From positions 41,546,744-41,610,743 of the forward strand of contig JARDVH010000124.1 in NCBI GenBank assembly GCA_030324005.1: a DNA stretch of 64,000 nucleotides, given 5' to 3'. The notes below the pieces were generated by a model, which worked only from the letters and a program-made list of their open reading frames with translations, was not told the DNA's origin and did no database searches. A program made the position numbers and the translations under genes. Below, one piece after another: positions 23,227-37,020 of this stretch (within the stretch, counting starts at the first letter, position 1; the number at the start of each line of letters is the position of its first letter). The DNA comes from Negaprion brevirostris. Its lineage: Eukaryota.

Positions 23227-26200
23227 CCAATACCGTGGCCAGACTACTCATTACATACAACAGGGCTTACTATTATAAACCTCATTGCACATGTGTAGTC
23301 AGACTCAAATTTCGAACAGTTTTGGTATTGGGAAGGACTTACATACATTAATAAGACTAAATCTGGATGTACTTGTATCAGAAGCAGATTTTGTAAAGTT
23401 CAAGTAGAAACTAAATGATTGAAGCAAGTTACTGGACACCTTTCATGATGTTAATGGTTGTGAAACTATCAGCTTTGTCATTATTCCATTGAAACTGACA
23501 ACTTCTGCAGTCCACACTGTGCAGAATATTGCAGAAATCCAGGAGTTGCAGCCAGTGATTCCACACTTCAGAAGGTCCACTGTTGAGGCATTCCCAAAAT
23601 ATATTCAATAGAAGGTCAATTGATTTTCTAAGAATTTCCATTCTTGCACTGTTAGTCTTGCCATAAAAAGCCCTTGAAAAGGTTACATCTTATGACGTGA
23701 GGTGCAACCAAATTTTTAAATAGCACATCAATTTTTAATTAGTTAAACATCCTCACTGGACCTAAAGGCTAATTTTATCTTTGTGGAATGCCAAATTTCT
23801 CCATAATGGTAAAATATATTTGTTTAAAAGTTTATTTTTTCAAAATATCATAGCTTCTTTTTTAATTTAATGAACTAGTTAATTCACTAACTGAAAACAT
23901 AAATCAGAAGTGAAGGGAATTTTAACTTTGGCTGCATATCTGCTTTTTGATATCACAGCTGTTGCATACTTTAAGATAGTGCTAGGCATGGTGTCAAACT
24001 TAAATTGGCATTGGGAAAACTACCCAACTAAGATCATGAGATCTTTGTGGACAGCTCTCAAAGTCAGTGGTTAGCACCCTTGCTTCAACACTGGTTGCAA
24101 AATCCAGGTCCATAAAACGTGGGGTAATGAAGGAATATATGAAAATTTACATTCTGATCTATGTTTTTGAAAGCTCTATGCCACGACCAGCAGACATTAC
24201 ATTTTTTCCTCACCTGGTCAATGCCACTTAAAATCTCCAGATCAACGAAGCATTTTCTTCTTTGAGCCAAAAAACCACGGGCATCAAAAAGCGCAAGAAA
24301 CCAAGTCTCAATGGCTGATGTANNNNNNNNNNNNNNNNNNNNNNNAATTATTAGTAAACATATCACGTTATTGGTGTTCCCACAAAGTGAATACATTGGT
24401 TGTGTTTGGGACAAATTCCACTCAGTCTGGTGATGGTTCAAGTCAGAAGTTTTATTACAAGCATGCAAGGGAAAAATTCAAGTTGCAGAATCTCTTAGTT
24501 ACAACAACATCAACACAATACAGCTTCAGCTGGCCACATGCACAAGCGTGTCTTGTCTGCTCATGGCCTAAGGCAAACATATCCAACTATGTTCTCATAA
24601 ACAAGCAAGCTAATGGGATGGTAAAAATTGTAGAAAATAGCTCAGGCTTATTGTATACACAGTGACTTCATCTCTAGCAAAGCACATCTAGAGGAAAGAC
24701 AGGCCAGGTATTTAAGGGTTATGGAAAAATACTCTGCAACTGCTTCATAAGTATAACTCATAGAAATCAGGCTAACCCTTCACTTTCCACATCAGGTTGA
24801 CATTTTTTTCATGCACAAGTTAAATTTGTCGATACTGCTGGGATTTTTAAAAAGCATTCCTATTTCAATAATTGAAAGCAACCCCACCCTTTGTGGTTTT
24901 AATAGTCTGCAGCTTAGGTTGCATAACTCAGGATTATCAGTAACCCTATTTAACAGCAGAGCTGTTAAGTCTGGAAGACAGAAATATGAAAGACAAGACT
25001 CACAATGTGGACTAAAATAATGTTTATAATAACTTTGCTTTTGCATGTTGTTGAACTGTTGAAGTATTATGCAGCACAACACAAACAGTCTATAATTAAG
25101 ATCACTTACTCTTCCAAATGTTATACTTCCTTTATTTAAGAGCCTCTACAACTGCAATGTCTTTTCACTTTTGGCAAGCATTGTTCCTTGGAAATAATAA
25201 GATTATTTTTTGTTCTGGAGCTTCTTCTGGCATGGCCAGAGTGAAAAACAAACACTGATAAAATGAGGCCATGGAGCTCAAAACACTCGTCTCTGAAGGC
25301 ATCAAGTTTGCTTAAACAGATAAAGTAACAAAGCTGTATTGTCTTGTTACTTAGCCACCACATTTCCAAGATGAAATTCAATATTATCGGAGCTGACCAC
25401 TCGAGATAGTTGAATAATACAATGGTTCAATAAAATTATGAAAGCATCGGCAGACCATTGGTGTTTGCAACACAGGCACTTTAAACAAGCTGTCATAAAA
25501 GGAGCCTTTGTTAAATTAATTTGATCACAAAATACAGAAATTAAACCAGTCTATGGTTTTAAAATCCAGTACAATGTGCATATTGATGAAGTCCTTTATA
25601 ATAAATTCAGCCAGAACAAGACTAAATTTCCATATTAATTAGGCTAATTACCAAAGCATGTTTGTACTGGAATCTCAGATTATTGATGTAGTTTGTTGCA
25701 ACTGTTCAGCCCATCTGACATGAAGTTACTGCAAATATCTAGTTTATGATTCATGTTCCTTAGGATACATCCTTTCGTTCGAGAATATAACTTGTCGTTT
25801 TAAGAACTAAAATTTACTGTAGAAAGTGGGTCAGTGCAACATGAACTGGAAGGTTATCACATTCATTAAGGTCAGAACAGAAGAGGGTTATAAAACAGGG
25901 ACAGGAGCTTAAACAATAAAATAGGAGATCAACCTAACCGAAAAGTGACAAAAAAATGGAAACAGAAAAAGGAAACATAGAAAGGAAAGTAACCCTCCCA
26001 GTTACTTTGGGAATCTAAATTCCTGGGAATACTGAAACTGGTTGAAGCCATATAAAAAGGAAGCAGAACCATCCAAGTAGTAGTTGCAGCTTGCAATTGG
26101 TGTGTGAGATTTGTAGCAAAGATAGATAAAGCAGACAGTTGAACAGACCTGCACTGTAAGCAGAGTAAAAAATTTAACTTCATTCACCATGTGGAATGCT

Positions 26201-26832
26201 GTTTGAATTTTGAGAGAGAACCAGAGTTGGAAGATTATCTAATTTGAAGTTAGTGGAAAAAACTATAGTGGTCCCCACAGGATGTTATGGCAATGAAAGC
26301 AATCAGCACATTAGCTTGGAAAAGTAACACGGACAAGGTACTGGGGGATCCACAGTCTAAAGATGGCAAATGAAAGCTTTAGCCCCGAGAATAGCAGGAG
26401 CCGAGGAAGACGGAAAGTCTTCAAAGTTTTAAGAGTGTGCAAATTTACAACGAGGTTCCACTAAAGCAAAGTAAGGCTACCAGGAATGGGGTTCTGCTTA
26501 CTTGCTGTACAATGTGAGCACATTGTGTAAAGCAAAATAAACCCAAAAGGATAGGTACTAAAATGATGCATGTCCCATGAACCAACTACTGAATAAAATC
26601 TGCTCTTATACGTAACTATTGAATAGAATTTGACTTAAATGCTACAAAGCCAAATTTTCACAGCGATGCCAAGTTTAAAATTTGCAGGATTTGATATTCT
26701 CTCCCAGAGAAATAGTCNNNNNNNNNNNNNNNNNNNNNNNNNNNNNNNNNNNNNNNNNNNNNNNNNNNNNNNNNNNNNNNNNNNNNNNNNNNNNNNNNNN
26801 NNNNNNNNNNNNNNNNNNNNNNNNNNNNNNNN

Positions 26833-26948
26833 NNNNNNNNNNNNNNNNNNNNNNNNNNNNNNNNNNNNNNNNNNNNNNNNNNNNNNNNNNNNNNNNNNNN
26901 NNNNNNNNNNNNNNNNNNNNNNNNNNNNNNNNNNNNNNNNNNNNATTC
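26833..26948 (-). CDS. TBC1D12: TBC1D12 coding exon 3, almost all inside N-gap 26718-26944; left boundary inferred
   Basis: Only the acceptor and first 4 nt are visible (gaaaatag|GAAT), matching the expected E-Y start. Flanking phases need a length of 2 mod 3; 116 nt is assumed from the mammalian exon. I found no other LSTTALILEDRP-like exon between 19.5 and 53.3 kb. Confidence 0.6.
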
Positions 26949-29900
26949 CTATTTTCAGCAGAAATAAATCAACACATTGAAGACATTTTAAAATTTAACA
27001 CACATTGATCAAAGAGCTTTAAAGCACCTCCCTTTAAAATCAAGGGAAACAAAAACCACCATAGATTTGGGGAGAAAAATGGCCAAAAGTTCAATCAGGA
27101 AATTCTGACATTTACAGTCAAAGGATGTAATCAAATTCTGTGGTCTTGTCTGAAGAAACCATTGCTACAAAAACAGGATATATTGCTACTGTTTCTTAAA
27201 AACCTAGGTCCCTCAAATTAATAGTCAAGATGCATTCATTAAAATATATTCATTTGAAAGTGCAGAACATCCAATTCAAGAAGCAACCACCCCTCCCCAT
27301 CCCTCCACCCCAAACATTCTGCAGCAGTGACAACACATCTTTTGTTCAGCAGCACCACCCTAAGTCAAATTCAATTCTACTGATTATTGCACAATTGTGT
27401 TTTGAACTATTGCAACAGGAGTTTAATGATGCTAAATTCTGTTTGTCTTATTAGGTGATAATTCAAAAACAGAAAATGTGATCTATCCAACATGCTTCAT
27501 AAAATATTTTAGCTCTTTCTCAATTTTCTGTTATATTGCAGACATTTACCAAGCCCAATAATGTTAAAGTTGCTTAATTCTTTTTTTTAAAGCACACGCA
27601 CGATGTTGCGTTACTCATGTTGATTCAATTAGACAATTTGAATTAAGTACAAATTTTCCAATCCAGAGTAGCCTATAATTGGATATGTTTGAGAATAAGA
27701 TAACCCTTTGCAGTTGGCGATTTATCTTTCAACCCATAAGCTTTTGCTGGTTAAGAAAACTGCCGACAGAACACTGAATAACAAAGAACACAACAGCACA
27801 GGAAACATGCCCTTCGGCCCAATAAGCCCACACTGCCACCTTAATTTGTTTTTCCTCCTCCACCCTTGACCCATGTCTANNNNNNNNNNNNNNNNNNNNN
27901 NNNNNNNNNNNNNNNNNNNNNNNNNNNNNNNNNNNNNNNNNNNNNNNNNNNNNNNNNNNNNNNNNNNNNNNNNNNNNNNATGAGGGAAATAATGTGTGTC
28001 TTGTGGTGTTTTTGGACATTCTGTCAACAGGTTATTACCATTAATATTTGCCTGCTCAATATGAATTTTAGCAAAATAAATCAACAGGAAAAATGAGAAA
28101 AGTGGAAACACATAAGCAGACTCAATGGGGAAAAACATGCAACCATACACAATGATGAAACAAGCATTTTTCTGGGAAGAAGAGAACAGAGTTCTACAGA
28201 GTGTTTAGAGAATTATATTGCATAAAGATTTTGTAGAGTCAAGGCAGGTTCACTGTTTTTTTTAAAAAAAAAGAGGTGAATACTATAGGAAAGGCTTACA
28301 AGGGATATTCAACTGAAGTGGGAATTACATTGCCTCATTTGTTTAAAATTACCAAATTCTATGCCACATCAGAACAGCTGTAACCATTACCCCACTCCTA
28401 TGGTCTTAATAAATATGTGGGTATATTCGATTCCATACCCATTAGCTGAGCAAAGTTTCAGTCTATTGCCTGCTAGGAATGCAGACTGCTCTCTAAGCAA
28501 GACTGAAATGCAAGTCATGAGCAGGTTTATTACTAAAGAGTAAGAACTCAATTCCATATTTAGTAATTCCTCAATTAGTGCAGGAAAAAGTTAATCAGGG
28601 TAAAAAATAAGTGAAATTTAAGACATACATATGCGCACACACAATCTAGCTCAGTTCAATTAGTTAACTCTTCTACAGTAAATGAGTCTGAGGAAGTCAT
28701 GTTAATTAGTGGTGACTTCTCTACCAGTAACACTAATCATATTTTGTGATATCACTGATATCCAATGACATACTTCCTCTTAATTTTTGCCAATGTGACG
28801 CACTGCTTTGTTGTACTATTTAGATGCTCATTTTCAACTTACCTAGAGAAGAAAGTAGCTGCAAATTTTACAAATTGAATTAAGTAGTAGAAAAGCATTA
28901 TGGTTATAGTGGGAATTATGTACAAACTTTCTGGTAGCTGCTGTGAAATGGAAGAATATGTAACTGTAGAGATTAAAAAAAGCATGAAGCAATGGCAGAA
29001 CGGGTTTAATCGACTATTTTAACTTTTACATAAATTGGGAAAAGCAGACTAACACATCAGAAAGATAGTGAACTTCTTAGGTGTTGTTAGTTTTCCGCAA
29101 CAATATATGTACCCTAATCTGAATGAACAAGGGGACACTATACTTAATGAACCAGGTTTATTTAACAACCTAACATTACATGAACATTTATCAATAGTGA
29201 TCATAACATGACCAAGTTCAATGTATTGTTTGAAAGAGAAAAATGCAAAAAAACTAAGATTTTAGTTTTAGATCAGGCTGATTTCAACGTACTGAGATAC
29301 ACTGCCTAAAGTGAACTGCACCAATCTGTTAATAGGTAGAATGATGGATCAATGCAAAATAATTTAAAGTGATGCAGAACCAGTTTAGACTCTTAAGGGT
29401 AAAAGGGAACTACATTCCACAAAGATCAGCTGTGAATTATTTAAAAAGATTAATGTTTAAGGTATTTGTTGTGACAGTAGTCAATCAAGCATATTATGTT
29501 GGCTTCAGTGGGCAGCAGTAATTATAAACCTACTTTATCTTTGCAAACAGCGACATTAGTTTGTGTAGACTGCAATGAGATTTGGTTGTTGAGCCAGTAG
29601 TGGCTGCAACAATTGGAACCTTTTTTATTTCACTTGAACTAGAGAAAATCTGCAGATTTTTCCACTTTCCCCAATAATGCTTTTAATTTGGAAGCATAGA
29701 AACAATTGCTAAATATTAAACTTGATTAATGACACTACATCAAGTCACTTCCACATAACACTGCATTGTGATAAGCTACATAAGTAGTAAGCATTTAGCC
29801 TCTTGAGCCTGCTTCACTATTTTAATATAACTAGTCTACCTCAACTCCACCTTTTCACACTTTCCCCATATCCCTTAGCATTCAAGCCTTGTCATGAACA

Positions 29901-31229
29901 TGTTAAATGTCTGAGCATTCACAGCCTTCTACAGTAGAAAATTCCAAAGATCCACAACTCAGTGAAGTTTTTCACCTCAGCTGTAACTAAATGGACCTTC
30001 CTGTACTGAGATTGTAACCTCTATCTGAAAGTCACGAAATGACCATAAAGAATGGAATATATAGAAAATCTTATTTTAACAATTGTTGGTGTTATTAAAA
30101 GGTTCTGTTTAAATATTTTTCATTATACCCTCCCTTTCAACCTGAATTATAATACAGCATCCTCCTCAACTTTCTATTCTTAATATGTATCTGCAATTTT
30201 CCTGACCACCTTGAAAATCTGAAACAAAACCGAAGAAATGCAGCTGGTGTAACAATTTACAATACTTCTCAAAAGACTCAATCGCACCATTTGGTTTGAT
30301 TTAGAAGTCTAAGAGAAAGTTCAAAATGAACAACCAATGTGGTATCCAGGAGCAAAATTTTTCATGTTTGTTTTACAAGATGTACCAAAAGAAATGATTA
30401 ATTAGACAGATTATAAATATTAATTTGTATTAAACAGTTAAATATTATAAACATGCAAACTCTGCAGAGAACAAAGTCAAGTTGGTTGAAAGCAAAATGC
30501 AGGAGTAGCATTGTCAATATTCAGACACCTCAAAACCGCTACTAGCTATTGTAGATGAATAGTTGAAATAATGCATTTAGAAACTAATCAAAAACAGAAA
30601 TACCAGCATGATTTTGATGTGATGTTAACAGCAATCTGAACAAAGGCACAATAACTGAGGCACATTATAGTGCACAATGCCAGTCAGTTCATCAACAGCT
30701 GATATAAATTTCCATTCAATAGAAAGTGTTACTGCTTTTAAAGCAACTTGTTGTTTTAAAACGCACCCTCATCTGGAGCCTATTAAATATAGGTCAAAAG
30801 ACCATTCGGGGAGAGAAACAACTTAAATGTGACAATTGGACAGCTGGTACTTCAATGAACACCTGTGGTCTATTATCCATTTGAAACATTTTACTTAGTA
30901 CAAAAACACGTCTAAAGGAATGACTGCACTGATAACTGAAATTAAGGTCATGTTTTTACATACTGGCAGGATTTCAGAAACAGTGAAATGGCATGTCTGA
31001 ACTAAAAGTTTAATTGCTCAGATCAATGCTAAACATTAGAATTTACAACATAATAGGATCAAGGAAATTAGTATACCATTCTAACACCTAGGAAAGATTT
31101 GTGACTAGACTTCATTTGCCTGCAAATTTAGAAACAAAGAATGGCAAAATGTTGAGTATTCTAAAATCAGTCTACAAAATGATGCAAAGCAACAACAACA
31201 CAGATTTGTTGAACACTCTAATGTAGAAC

Positions 31230-32230
31230 AAAGCTCCATGGCAATTCACAGAAGAATAGCTAGTCAAAAACAGATACCAAGCCAAAGGAAGAGCTTTTTG
31301 GAGTGACTAAAAAACTTTGTCAAATAGACGAAACTAAAGATAGATCCTTTGTTCCAGAGAAAATGGTGCAAGGGTGGGAAGAAAAACAGATGCTCTGGCT
31401 ACATTAAGACTGGATCCAAGGAAAGGCAGTCCATAGCACAGGCCAGAGGAAACACATTGAAGGAGAAAAGAGTAATTGAACATGACAAATTCTACAGAAA
31501 GGTCAAGATGGGATAATGTATCACTGTCAACATTGCAAGCTGTTATTTGTGACTAATTGTGACTGCTTAAGTGCTGAGGAATGGATAAAGACCTCATGGA
31601 AAATATTCAAACAAGAAAGGTGGATGGTGAGAAAACATTCAAGGCTTTGGGAGGAATGGGAGGTTTTAGATAGGGGAGAGAAATTGACAGTTTTGAAGAT
31701 ATCATGAAAGTGATATTTTCAAAACAGAAGGGAACAGTAAGTTTCCAAAGAGAGATGTGCATCTATAACAACTGCAAGGAAATTCACTGTCAAAAGATTA
31801 GTGGGAATGGGGAAAGAGTCTAGACAAGTTGAGGGCATGAATGGAGATGGGAGAAGTGAGGAAGATGCAGTTTCAATACTGGAATTAAGGGAATCTTAGT
31901 TTAGCTCTGGTTTGCTGGACAAGGGGCAGAGACAGCTCAATCGGTGACTAGCATATCCTTGAGCACCTTATGTTTGAAGAGAGTGGAAGTAGTGGGAAAT
32001 GGGATTTAAAAGACATTTGTGGTTGTGGGGTGAAGCAGGTGGGAGTGGGGGCTGTATGTGGGAGGAAGAGGGGGAAGACATCTTTAATTTCCAGGATAAT
32101 CCTAAAGTAATGCTTGATTTAACAAGTTCTGGCGATGGATGGTTAAACCAGTTCAATGCCAGAAATCTTTCAAATGAATTTCAGAAGAAGGGTTGTAAGA
32201 TATTGTGCTTTCCTCAAAGCTTAGCTGAGA
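31230..32230 (-). mobile_element. Highly decayed L2-like LINE
   Basis: Purine-rich plus strand typical of antisense old L2; resembles 45760-46340. Confidence 0.4.
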
Positions 32231-32859
32231 AATTCCAACAATATAGCCAGTATGTTTATATAATAAACACATCAACAAGAATATAACGGACGTTCCTGGA
32301 ACCTTTGTGCCTGGTGTATTCCAAATATGGATTTATAAGTTAAAATTGCTTTAAAATACAGATAAATTTATCATATTCTTCAACATTCTGAATCTGGAAC
32401 AGCTGTCAAGCAAGACAAAACAATGTCACTGACCTCTACTTAAAAGCTGTTAGTATGTATTAATACACAGTAGAATCAAAACTGAAGTTGACTGATAAGC
32501 CAAACGTCATTAATCCTTAGCTAAATAATTGGAATCAGTAAACAAGACTGATTGTTAAACACCAAGAACTCATTAAATATCAAAATAGCTCATCTGGAGC
32601 CGTAGTGCACTGTTAATAGTTCTGCTGAATGATCTGGCATAAAATTGGACGGGATAGAGAATTTAACTTTAATTTACACTATTGGAGAATATTGTTTGGG
32701 AATGAAGTCTTTTTGTAAGTTAAACTTTAGATATATAATACAGAATGAGATATGACTATACTGTGCCTTTAAGAAATATTTTTGACATGTTCCTTGTGCA
32801 GGATCTACTTTAGCAGTTGATTATTACCAGTATCGTTTTGTCTTAATCCTGCACCCCAG

Positions 32860-33775
32860 TATTGTTACTGCAGCAGCATAATTGCTAGAATGTTTGTTTT
32901 CATCTGGACTATTGCCGTTCTATGTTAGTGGTTCCCCTGGGGTTTTGCAGAGTAGGACCTGATTTGGTTGATTGACAGGTAAGGTCATATGACTGGGTGG
33001 AGCTTGACTGACACATAGAATTCAAGCTTAGTTGCTTTTTNNNNNNNNNNNNNNNNNNNNNNNNNNNNNNNNNNNNNNNNNNNNNNNNNNNNNNNNNNNN
33101 NNNNNNNNNNNNNNNNNNNNNNNNNNNNNNNNNNNNNNNNGCTTTTTAGATGCTACTTTGAGTTAAGAGCAGTGCCCCTTCTCTCTCTGAAGTTGGAGAC
33201 TGGAATCTGCCAGGAGAGAGTTCGTCCTACAGATCTTTCTCTGAGATTCTGCTATATATGAGTGTGGATCTCTGAGGGTTGCTGTCTGGAAGTGCAGAGG
33301 GAAGTATCCCTTTCTGTCACTGAAGTTTGGAGACAGAGCTGCCAGAGACTAGATTTACTTCTCTGAAGTTCCACTTTTTAAGGATATATTCTTGTCTGGA
33401 AACTGCTTTCTGGATCTTTGTCCAGAGTGTTAAAAGACTGGAAATCTAGCACCACAAGCATATTTCTTTTTGTGTTAATTAATTCTGAAGAAAGATGTAT
33501 GTCTGTGGGATATTGCTTTAAATTAAACGATAAAGATTGCTAGTTAGGAATTATACTTTGTTATGTTTAAAGATTTCAAATTGGTAAAAGTTATGCTAAT
33601 TATTTTTGTTATATTCTAACTGCGTTCTTAAATAAAAAGTGTTTTGATTAAAGCTTCCTAGTGGGCCAACTGAATCATACCTGGAGCGAAATACCTATTA
33701 CAAACATCAAAACTAAAGGTTGGGATCTAAGCTAACTTCATAATGAACCTTGGAGTTTCTGATCTGGTCCCTTAG
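32860..33775 (+). mobile_element. Probable solo LTR-like repeat (contains 100-N gap)
   Basis: Internal short repeats (ctctgaagtt), AATAAA near 33630, LTR-like layout; boundaries uncertain. Confidence 0.4.
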
Positions 33776-35664
33776 AGAATACATGCAAACCCTTGTGTAA
33801 GGTGCTAATGGATTTTACTTAGGATTAATGTAGTCAAGCTGAAATATTACCTCTCATCATTCAGGAAAAGCTCATTCAACATCTTCTGATCAATTAAAAT
33901 AAGTGTGATTTCAAGCTGCTGTTTCTGGAACCTGGGTTCATATCCAGCACAAACAGAAGGGACCCTATACTGTATTGTCACTAGGATATTAGTAAGTTCT
34001 AATGCTTCATGAAGATACTTTCATGTTAAATCAAAGGAATAAAATCTAGTACTCCAATTACTTTACAGATTTCAACCTTCCAAACTAGAGTTGCTTCTGA
34101 ATCAAGAGTATCGCACAAGAAATAAATTAGAAGATCTAAAGTGCATGGATTTAAATGCAGCATTTCCTATAGCATTTTTGTACCAAAACACCAAATAAGC
34201 CCAATAAAATGAAAATGAGTTTGGGCCATCTCAATTTGGTTTCGAGTCATGATTCACACAACAAATTGAATTCTTACTTTCAAAACATTGGCTAAATTAC
34301 AATGACTTAAGTCAATTACAAACATTTTATAAAAAGGTCTCATTGGAATATTTTATCTAGTACTCTACAATGAATGCAAAGTGCTTAAATAACTGGGCAA
34401 ATGTGCTTTAGAGATTAAAGACAAATGAGTTCAAATGCATTCTCTTATTGCATTCATATGGGTGTTTTAATGTTCTTAATGTCAGTACAGTGATATGAAT
34501 TGTGCTCAGCATGCTTGAATAAAGAGATGTACAGGTGAAAGACAAACACAGATCAACAGTAGTGTCATGCATGGTTTGAAAATTGACTGGAAGGAAATGA
34601 AGTAATTTCATACCCCTGTACTGAACAGGTTAGGTGCAGACACTGACGTAAGACTGCAACCATAGCTGTCCTGATGAAAGAAACAGAGTTCAACTTTAGT
34701 TATCAACAAAAATACAGATAGACAATCAAAAATATAAAAGTGCAATTGTTCTTAAAATCCTGCAAAAATTAAAAGGCAATTTTAAGATGACTACTCATTA
34801 GAAATCAATCTAAAATGACTAGTGTCCATAAAAAGAATTCATGGGATAACCATAAATGTGTAGAATTAAACTAGTTTGTTACTTTTTTTAAAAAAAAAAT
34901 CTATCTTTAAAAGCCACCTGAAACTGCCCAAATAGCCAAATTAAAATGACAATTCTGAAGCACAGACCTAAGCAGCCCTCCTTGAAAGGCTGCATAACAA
35001 GCATGTATCACCTACACACTGATTCTATTATAGAATGGGGGCAATACTGCTCTACTTTCTGCATAAATTATAATCCTTGAAACGTAATCAATCCTCTTTC
35101 ATTAAAGCACATAATAGATATAAGCAAAATGTAAACATTAACTCATCTAAAATAGATTTTCAAACCATACTCCATAAGTAAATCTCAGATGGGCCATCGG
35201 ATTGTTGAGGATGGGAAAGATTTGCCAATTCAGCACTCTAGGACAAATGGCACCACTAAGCCCTCTGTTCAGCTGGCTGGGAGACCATTTGTCCTGACTG
35301 ACAGTACAATCCACATTTTGGCTCAAGAGATATTAAATCAAGTGAGATGGAACCTAATAAACAACCATTGCTGTCAGCATAAATTAGGCGTTAAATCATT
35401 GCTTTTTAAATAAGTGAAAAGCTCAATCTATGAACACCAGATCATCATATTTCACTGTGTGAAAACATTAATCAAATCACCACTGGGCTGTAAACTGGTT
35501 ATTATTTGTTAAACAATTCTGAGTTTTCTGAGATTAATTCTCTATTTCAGTACTACGTTGGAAACAAACAGGAACAATTCTCATGTTAAATAACAGAAGT
35601 GGAATGCTGATAATTGCAGTGTTCAACATGGTTTACAACTCCTCAGATACTGAAGTATCCTGGT

Positions 35665-36120
35665 ACATTTGGAGCGAGACCTGGACAATATTCAGGCTTG
35701 GGCTAAGTGGCCAGTAGCATTTGTGACACACAAGTGCCAGGCAATTACTATCGACAAAAGAGAACCTAACCGCCTCCCATAATATGCAAAGGCATTACCA
35801 TCAGAGTTCCTCTCTGTAATACCTGGAAGGGGGAGGGGGATTCTCTCTACCAATGATGCATGTTTATATCATCCACCAACCAACCAAAATTCATTCAACA
35901 GCGCCTTCCAAACCAGTGACCTATCAGCTCGAAGAACACCACCAGCTGGGAACGCCACCACCTACAAGTTCCCCTCCAACTCACTAACTATTCTGACCTG
36001 TATGGTGTTCCTTCACTGCTGCTGGCTCAAAATTCTGGAATTCACTTCCTAATTGTACTTATGTCACATGGACTGCAAACGCTCCAAGTAGATGGCTCAC
36101 CGCCATATTCTCAAGGGCAT
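35665..36120 (+). mobile_element. L2 LINE fragments (internally deleted)
   Basis: gagacctggacaatattcaggcttgggct (DLDNIQAWA) and a 3' region shared with 49280-49560. Confidence 0.7.
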
Positions 36121-36124
36121 GTAT

Positions 36125-36415
36125 GAGGTGGCATAGTTGTTAGCACTGCTGCCTCAGTGCCAGGGACTCAGGTTCAATTTCTGTCTTTGACCACTGTGCG
36201 TGGAGTCTGCACATTCTTCCAGAGTCTGCAAGGGTTTCCCTCCGGGTGGTCCGGTTTCCTCCCCCAGTGCGAAAGGCGTGTTGGTTAGGTGCAATGGCCA
36301 CGCTAAATTCTCTCAGGAGAACAGGCACCAGGGTGTGGCAACTAGGGAATTTTCACTAACTTCATTGCAGTGTTAATGTAAGCCTACTTGTGACACTAAT
36401 AAACAAACTTTAAAC
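36125..36415 (+). mobile_element. Full-length V-SINE, second tail type
   Basis: tRNA-like head, V-domain, tail aacttcattgcagtgttaatgtaagcctacttgtgacactaataaa. Confidence 0.88.
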
Positions 36416-36634
36416 TTGGTTTCCAAGTTAAAAGTTATTAGAACAGACTACACCAGCATAGCATTGTGTCATTAGAGAAAATAAATTTCAAATGTCCCTT
36501 TAGTGCCCTTCATCATTCTGTATTTTCACGTGGACCCGAAGGGGAAATATGAATCGATCAGCCAGCACACAAACACATTTAATCTTCCTATTATTCACTG
36601 CAAAACCCTGCCAGGCCAGATAAGATTTTGTAAT

Positions 36635-37020
36635 CAAGGAATGGTTACAGCACAGAGGGTGGCTACTGGACCCAATGTGTCCATGGCCAATACCTGCAAG
36701 AACAATTTAACTCGTCTCACTCCCACATCTTACCCACAGCCCTGTGAATATTTCCCCTTCAGGTTCTAACCTAATCCTCTTTTGAAAACCAATGAATTTT
36801 TCTCCAACATGTTTACAGGAAGTGCATTCCAAATTGTGACAATTTACTGTATAAAATTATTTTTCTACCATCTTTTATTCTTTTGCCAATCACTATGTCT
36901 TTGTCCTCTCGATTCTACATTCTTCCATCAATCGGAACAGTTTTTCTCTATCTACTCTGACTAGACCCCTTATGATTTTGAACATATCTATCAAATCTCT
37001 TCAAACTTCTCTTCTCTAAG
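36635..37020 (-). mobile_element. Decayed CR1 3' end
   Basis: tcaaatctcttcaaacttctcttctctaag and tail similar to the CR1 at 55-790. Confidence 0.65.

Noticed and set aside
34664-34690. CTGATGA-aa-GAAA as a hammerhead ribozyme core
   Set aside because: No stem II between the boxes and no stem I; likely chance.
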